This document shows positions 53,971 through 64,000 of a stretch of DNA of 64,000 bases, one piece after another. The notes beneath the pieces are model-generated. The model saw nothing but the letters and a program-made list of their open reading frames with translations. It ran no database searches and was not told where the DNA came from. The DNA comes from the human T2T-CHM13v2.0 reference genome, Homo sapiens. The stretch lies in the NCBI RefSeq assembly GCF_009914755.1, contig NC_060938.1, one strand, 5' to 3'. The translations under genes and the position numbers were made by a program. How positions within the stretch are numbered: position 1 is the stretch's first letter; every line of letters starts with the position of its first letter.

Positions 53971-54189
53971 AAGAGTTTTAAATCAAGTAAGAGTATAAAC
54001 ACTAAGCAAACAAGCAGATCTCTATTTCAATGCTTGACATACATTTGAATTACTTTAAGATTTGTTCGTTCACTGATATCTGAGCTTCCCCTCCTACCAT
54101 AAATTGACAGAGACAATACATTACCCCTCCTTCCACTACCTACAGGGTTTCATGACATAGGAATTAAAACCTAAATGTATATTAATAAT

Positions 54190-54350
54190 GCTTTACATTA
54201 GTGTACAATGCCAGTGTTTTATATACATTATCTGATTTAATTCTTCCCAGTATGTGAGGTGGGTACTACTCTCAATTTGTAGACTGTAGCCTGAGGCTCA
54301 AAAGTTAAGTAACTTTAAGCTAGGTCTTCTGATTTAAGCCCATTGTTCTT
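54190..54350 (-). mobile_element. MIR
   Basis: ctgaggctcaaaagttaagtaactt core. Confidence 0.55.
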
Positions 54351-54826
54351 TTCATTTAGCTCCTACCTAACTTACTTGAATACCTCATGAGTTTATTGTA
54401 AGTTTTTAATAAGGTTTTGTAACATGCATCAGAAAACAAAATAATTTTTAAAACTTCAGATTCTTTTTTTGATTTGATCTTGAATCCTGAGTTAATTTCC
54501 CTGATTCAAACCGGAAATAATCATATTGCAGTTTCTAAAAAAAAAATTATTAGGCTTACATGAAGGTTGAAAAATGAGCTATAATTTCTAAGTCAAATAG
54601 TTCCAGTAGTTATTTTGAAAATATTGATAATTTGCTGGATTATTTTATTCCCCTGAATCCCAATATAACTCAGTGGTCTCAAAAAAAAATCTGCAAAAAA
54701 ATGAGTCAAAGAACTAATTGGTAGATAAAATTTAGTGAGGAAAAGAACAGAAAATAAAATGCTTTATCAGAAGATGAATAAGACCGAAAAAAAAAAAAAA
54801 AAGAAAAAATTTCTCCCTTATGCTTA

Positions 54827-55777
<951 letters not shown>

Positions 55778-56007
55778 TTATCACATTGTTAATATTTCCA
55801 GTTTAGATTCCATAATACAGTAATGATGGCAAAAAAGGAGGAAAACCATTCTTTGATGAAGTTTTGTTTATAAGGAAGACCTTTCTGAAATTTTTGCTAA
55901 TGGGTCCATAATTTAAACCAAGGCCTTTATATATAGATCACTTTGAAGAATCAGAAGTATTATAAATCAATCATGAAATCACTAATGCACATTAAAAAGC
56001 CAAAGAC

Positions 56008-56240
56008 GGCCAGGTGCTGTAACACATCTGAAATCTCAGCACTTTGGGAGGCTGAGGCGGGAGGATTGCTTGAGACCAGTCTGGGCAACATAGGGAGACT
56101 ATGTCTCTATAAATAAAAATAATAATAGTAATACTAAAATTAGCCCAGTGTGGTGGCCACTGTACTCCAGCCCAGGTGTCAGAGCAAGACCATGTCTCCC
56201 ACAACAACAAAACAAAATAAAACAAAAAACAAAAACAAAA
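56008..56240 (+). mobile_element. Degenerate AluJ with right-arm deletion
   Basis: Alu left arm plus a truncated right arm and (CAAAA)n tail. Confidence 0.8.
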
Positions 56241-57019
56241 ACATAATGAAATCTGTTCAACTGATAAGTTTCTTATCTCCATTAATAGATTCCAGATTCA
56301 GAGACAGTTTGTAGATGCCTTAAATGTCATTTAAATCTGGCTTTTACAGATAATGTAAAAATGTTTCAGAAAAGGTGACATTCCAAGTAAACTCCGGGAA
56401 TCAGAATAAATTTAAACAGCAAGTCAGTATAGCTAGTACCTGTATGCAAAAGAGATTTTATTTTAAAAGCAAAAATATTTGCTGGATCTACTTATATTTT
56501 TCTAAGGTATTCTTCAGGTCAATGTGGTACAGTCTAGCAGTCAGTTGTATGCAAGAAATATTTTTTTCCCTCAAGTACAATACAGAGGAAAACAGGTAAG
56601 AAGCATATTCATACGAGTAACTAAAAAAATCATAGGAAACAGTCAAAAGAGAAAACTCAAAGAATATAGTAGTTTAAGAGGCCTGGAAAGGCAAGATGCC
56701 CAATGTCAGAATCTGAAGGAGGAGGAAAAGGGAGGGGAGGGGGAGAAGGAAGAAGGGAACACAGAGACAGTAACGAGGTAAAGGAGAAAGGAGACAGACA
56801 ATAATTTGTCAAAGCCAACTAGTTAAAGACCGCCATTCTAAGGAGGGCTAAAGACTGTGATTCTGAGGGGTGTTGATGTGGAAGCCAGTTTGGGATTGAG
56901 TGGTGTCAGGAAGTAGGGACAACTAGCTGACTGTTATCTTAATGCGTTTCATCTAAGAGGTAGGAGGAGAGTTGTTTTTGGTAAAGAAGCATTAGTCATT
57001 CATGTTAGGATGTTTAGGG

Positions 57020-57047
57020 GGTGTGTGTGTGTGTGTGTGTGTGTGTG
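57020..57047. repeat. (GT)n microsatellite
   Basis: About 14 GT units. Confidence 0.92.
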
Positions 57048-57162
57048 TTTAAAACATTCTTGTCTCTACTTAATTTTAGACATAATTACAGAGTGATTGT
57101 GTTTCTGTATTATTCTACCACAGTAACAGAGTGATCTTGTCTTGAGTATTTATATTCTCTGA

Positions 57163-57534
<372 letters not shown>

Positions 57535-58006
57535 AAATACAGATTTAAGAATGTTCTGATTTACATACATGCCCAATTTTATGTGTTTAGTTTGATGACT
57601 TTTGGTAATTATATATAATTGTGTAACCACCAACATAATCAATATAAAAAATTCCCTCATCAAAAAAGAATATTTTATTTTATGTAAACTATACCTCAAT
57701 AAACCTAACTTTAAAAAAAAAGGGAGACCAGTTTGTGCACTGATGGTATAATCACTTTAAAAGAGGCAAGAGAAAAGAATAGTGTTACATTTTCAAGGCT
57801 TTAGCCTTCAAGATTCAGAACCAATACCACTGGGTATAGGCAAACCAACCAACCAGCTGCTATGCCATTGATGTTAATACCATCTTCTCCAATTCCAAAA
57901 AAGAATAGTTTCCTTTGGGCTTTGGTTGATTTTAAAATGTTGCTGAGTATCAAAATTTTAATTTCCCATTATCAGCCAAGTTATGTCTACATAAATGTAA
58001 ATATAA

Positions 58007-58638
<632 letters not shown>

Positions 58639-61231
58639 AGTTCCAATTATATTGAAATTTTTAAAAGTTATTTTTATGATTATTACTAATAACCAGCCAT
58701 TCAATACTAGATTAATAACACTAAATGATTAACTTTAATTCAATCCTTCATTTTTAAGAATGTAAGGAAAGTAAAAAGTATTTTGAGCTATATGACAAGA
58801 AATAGGTAGCTTGAATCTAGTGTTTGCTTTCCCTTCCCTAATTATAACCTAGAATATAATAAATGTTCACACTATAAGGGGATAATCTAGCTGGTATTCC
58901 TCATTTTGCACATGAGGACAAATGGGTTCGCAAAGTTAAGTGATTTGCCTGCCATAGGAGATGTCTTTTGCTTCCCAGCTCAGTGTTATTTCCCTCTTTA
59001 CCACAGCTCTAATTTCCATACTTTTTTCTCTTTTGTTAAACTGTCTTTTTCTTTATGAGATATGGAAACAATGAATTCAAAATTTATTTTTCTCTCTGTA
59101 TAAGAACTTCAAAAAAGTATTACTTAGGATAAATTACTAAATAAAAAGCAAAGATCAATGGAAAAAAATCAAGACTAAACCGAATTTTAAATGGTAACAA
59201 AAATTAAAATTAGTCATTTTAAAATTTTTGATATAGAAAAAGATTTTTCTATTCTTCACTCTCCCTTTTGAGTGACATACTTAAATAGATGACTCATTCT
59301 AAGCATTAAATCCTCTTTGCATAACATAGAAGTTTACACTCTGAAGAAGGGAAAGAGTATAATTGAAAAGAAACCACCATAGAAAAGAGAAGAATCCCTG
59401 GCTTTGGCTTGCTCTGTGATTCATGATCACAAATACATAAGATTCCTTAAACTCCATTTTTCTGTAAGAATTGCATACTTATTTGTAAAGATGAGTTAAA
59501 AACTTTTACATACAAAACTGGATATAACAGAAACAATAAAAAATCATTCAATTTAAAGAGCATTATAAGTAACATAGGTCTTATGAGTTTCTTTTTCAAA
59601 CCTACTTATAAATAAACTCCAAGAATGAGCCAGGTCTTTCCCTAAAACATAAACCTCGAAGCTCAGGTACCAGAGTATCCCATATGTCTTCTTCCCAAAG
59701 GTAGAGACAATGAGAATGCAGTTTAAATGAGCTTGTTCACAAGTCTGTCATAATTACTCACATTGAAAACACGTAAAGAATAAATTTAAATCTCAGATGT
59801 AGGTAAAGCATTTTCTGCCCTAAGTTGCTTCTCTAAATTCAGGATATATGTCTGTATATAAAAGGATAAAAATCTCTCAAATTGTTTATTGGGCAATAAA
59901 TTTATTTATACTTATTTTTGAGCTATAAACTATAGAACATACATATCTCTCTTCTACTTATCTACTAAAATACAAAGAAGACATGAAATTCTCTAGTTTA
60001 GATATTTAAAATAAAATTCTAAAATAACCAGTCTTGTGAGAAAATGTAAAATGGAGATATCGATGCTTCTAAGGCTTTGTGTAACTAGCATTCATTTAAA
60101 TAACTCTATTCAGGGTTGTCTCTTCAGATTGTCAGATTAAACAAATCCTACAGCATTTGCAGCAAACCCATAATTACAGATTATTATGGCGTACAAAAGC
60201 AGCAAGACATAAAAAGCTGCTGCAATTCACTGCACTGTAATAGAACATGCAGAGGAAGTTAATTTTGGCAAATGCTTTAAATATTAGCTTTGCATAATAA
60301 GTATAGGTGAAACTATAATTAGGACAGAATGAATCCTTTGGAGCCTCCTTTCACTCTGACCCGGCAAATGATGACTTTTTGCTAATAAGACTACTGCCAT
60401 TTGACAAAAAGCCAACTTCACTACCTTGCTTTATTCTTTAGTAAATTTAATAATTACAGCCACTCCTGACAATAGTTCTCAAATCAGACTTGTTCAATCC
60501 AGTACTGAGCTTATTAGGGACACTCAATGTTTAGAATTCTTTGGCCAAAAAAGTACTTGAAGATGATGAAACATGCCTTAGACAAGGGCACAATGATCAC
60601 TCATTTTCACCACATTAAAAAACACCCAGAGCATGTAGTCACTACAGACCAGAGAATCATGTGCTGTTAGCTCACAGCTGTTCCTAAAAGGTTCTGCATT
60701 TATCTGGTCCTTAAAACCTTTGAGGAAGTCCAAAGGGAACAACTTGATACGTTTAGAGAAGGGTACTGCACAGAGTATTTGATATCAATATTAAGCTAAT
60801 CTATTTACATCTTTTCCTTTGCTTCTTTTACAGTGACTGATATTGGCACAGTAAATTTTGTACAAAATCTAAAATTAAAACTTCCTTTGAAATAAGCAAA
60901 CTCTATTGCTTTGTTCAAGAAACATACTATATTGTCTTGAATAAAAACTGCCATTTTATACCTTAAATGTGCAAAGGTCAACTATTATTTTCACATAACC
61001 ATATTTTTAAGTAAAATAAACATGGTATCTTATTACGTCAAATCTAAAAATATAATTTTAAATTGCTTATATAAATTTTGTCTAATTGTTTTTTGCTTTA
61101 TACTGCTTGTTATACCTCTTTTATATTTGAGAAACAATTTAAATCTTAAATTCCTATTTCAATAGTGTATTTATGTTCTAGACAACCTATCTGTACCTTC
61201 TGGGTTAACTGGCCAAATCAATCTAATATAC

Positions 61232-61418
61232 CAGGAGTCAGTACACTTTTTCTATGAAGGGCCAAATAATAAATACTTTTGGTTTTGTGAGCCACGCAAT
61301 CTCTACTGTTACTCAATACTGCTGTTGTTATACAAAAGTAACCATAATGACAATATGGATGTATCACAATAAAATTATAAAAACAGGCGGTAGCAATGGG
61401 CCATAATTTACCAACTCC
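61232..61418 (+). mobile_element. MER58-like hAT-Charlie element
   Basis: caggagtcagtacactttttctatgaagggccaaataataaatac...tttaccaactcct. Confidence 0.7.
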
Positions 61419-61885
61419 TATAAAATACTATTATCAAAAGTGCTCTTAATATAAATTGTATCCTCTATCTCCCTTTCTTAAAACCTTCAGCAATTGCTGG
61501 GTTCCTCTACTTTACCTCTATATCTTATATATACTTCTATTGTTACACTCCTATTACATTATAAGGTTATTTGCTTCTATTACATCTTTCTCTTCTATCA
61601 GAGAGAGAATGCTCTGAATGCAGAAACGTGGCTTAAAAATGTTACTGAGTTAACTATGTACTAAGTAAGGATTGTACAAAGGGCTTTACATATATTATCT
61701 TACTTAGTACTTAAAAAAACCTTAGAGGAAACTAATATTTGCATTTTACAAATAAGAAAACAGATATTTAGCAATTGAGAGTCAAAATTCAGGTCAGACT
61801 CCAAAGCTATATTTTTTATTCTATATAAATTCCATTATATATAAAATATCAAAAAGAACTTCTAAGAATAATTTAGCCAGAAGTA

Positions 61886-62103
61886 CATGTTGAGTATCCC
61901 TAATCTGAAAATCTGAAATCCAAAAATTTTGAGTGTTGGCATGATGCTCAAAGGAAATGCTCATTGGAGCATTTCAGATTTTGGATTTTCAGATTAGGGA
62001 TGCTCAACTGGTAAGTATAATGCAAATATTCCAAAAGGTGAAAAAATCCAAAATCTTTAACACTTCTGGTCCCATGCATTTCAGATAAGGAATACTGAAT
62101 TTG
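61886..62103 (+). mobile_element. Tigger4a/MER46-like MITE
   Basis: TA|catgttgagtatccctaatctgaaaatc...cagattagggatgctcaac...cagataaggaatactgaat. Confidence 0.85.
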
Positions 62104-62196
62104 CATAAAAGCAATGTCAACATATAATATTAGTAATTGTGCATGTGAAGTTATTTCTTTAATTAATAATGAACTTGTGCTATACATACATGGTTA

Positions 62197-62568
<372 letters not shown>

Positions 62569-62620
62569 TCAACTGGTAACACAAGAGCCTGGCAAAGATT
62601 TTAAATATTTTAAAACATCA

Positions 62621-62948
<328 letters not shown>

Positions 62949-63169
62949 TTACAAAGAATGACTAAAATTAAATTATACTCATATGTAACAATGATCTAAT
63001 TCCTCTCAAAATTTTGCAATGAAACAACGGTGTCTTGTAGGAAGCACTTTTAAATTACCCTTAGGCACTGTAAGCTAAATATGTGTTCTTAGAAATTTTC
63101 TAGCTCTAAAAGAATAAAAATGTTATACTGAGAAATGTTATTTCTCTAGGTTTTAAAAACTCTTGGTTA

Positions 63170-63394
<225 letters not shown>

Positions 63395-63804
63395 TCATTT
63401 TCTTATTCTTGAGTTTCCAAAATTTGTTTCTGGAATCATCAACCCTAAGTTCCACTATTAATATTTACCCAGATCTAACTGATTTTAAGATATTGTATAT
63501 GAACATTATTGTGGGTTTCTCTTTCATATGTCAGGGCAAGCATAATGAAACAGTAAGCATAATAAAAACAGAAATGTTAAAATTAATATAAAAACAGCAA
63601 GCTTAAAAGACAACACATATCAATTAACTATACTTATTCCATTGCACAAGGAATGGAACACAAATGGAAGTCCATATATATTATAATCACTTCCACTTTC
63701 CTTTTCTAACTTAACAACATCTCACTGAATAGCCTGCCAGTAAGACTACCTTAAGTACTTTTTGAAATTGTTACTCATTTTACTAAATGAATCCACTGAA
63801 CACG

Positions 63805-63947
63805 CTTTTTTGTTTTTGTTTTTTTTCAAAGAGAGGGAGTCTTGCTATATTGCCCAGGCTGGCCTTGAACTCTTGGGCTCAGGCAATATTCCAGCCTCAG
63901 ACTTCCAAATAGCTGGGACTACAAGGTGCACACCATCATGCCTGGAT
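63805..63947 (-). mobile_element. Alu monomer (FLAM/AluJ fragment)
   Basis: T-rich tail followed by an antisense Alu arm. Confidence 0.75.
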
Positions 63948-64000
63948 GGACACTTTTAAACTAATGAATGCTATAAACAGGTCACTTTTTATACAAAATG

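Noticed and set aside
60425-60540. Possible cryptic coding exon ending at an AAG|gtagtg donor
   Set aside because: All three minus-strand frames contain stops across the interval and I found no convincing acceptor.
61886-62010. Long inverted repeat as a novel miRNA-like hairpin
   Set aside because: It is explained by the internal palindromic structure of the Tigger4a/MER46 MITE.

Overview
Primate (human-like) genomic DNA lying entirely inside RALGAPA1 (GARNL1/TULIP1, catalytic alpha-1 subunit of the Ral GTPase-activating complex), transcribed on the minus strand. Seven internal coding exons can be placed with canonical AG/GT boundaries and consistent phases: 63200-63334, 62310-62493, 54828-55689, 53098-53169, 33322-33445, 23370-23525 and 293-451. 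Together they give 1692 nt (564 codons) running into the Rap/Ran-GAP domain with the catalytic LRHLGNDEV 'asparagine thumb'. Much of the intronic sequence is interspersed repeat: about 29 Alus, old L1M and younger L1PA fragments, MaLR solo LTRs, Tigger/Charlie DNA transposons, L2, MIR and CR1. I found no new gene or multi-gene system. The most notable signals are: (1) a twin-primed 5'-inverted L1PA and a second L1PA about 33 kb away that share several apparently non-consensus variants and bracket two GAP-domain exons as both inverted and direct repeats; (2) a GAP exon that begins with GTAAAT and would rebuild a 5' splice site after splicing (recursive-splicing candidate); (3) a three-level nested L1 with two intact TSD pairs; (4) several small template-switch and duplication scars. 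Repeat subfamily names come from my recollection of consensus sequences, and repeat boundaries without a stated TSD are approximate.
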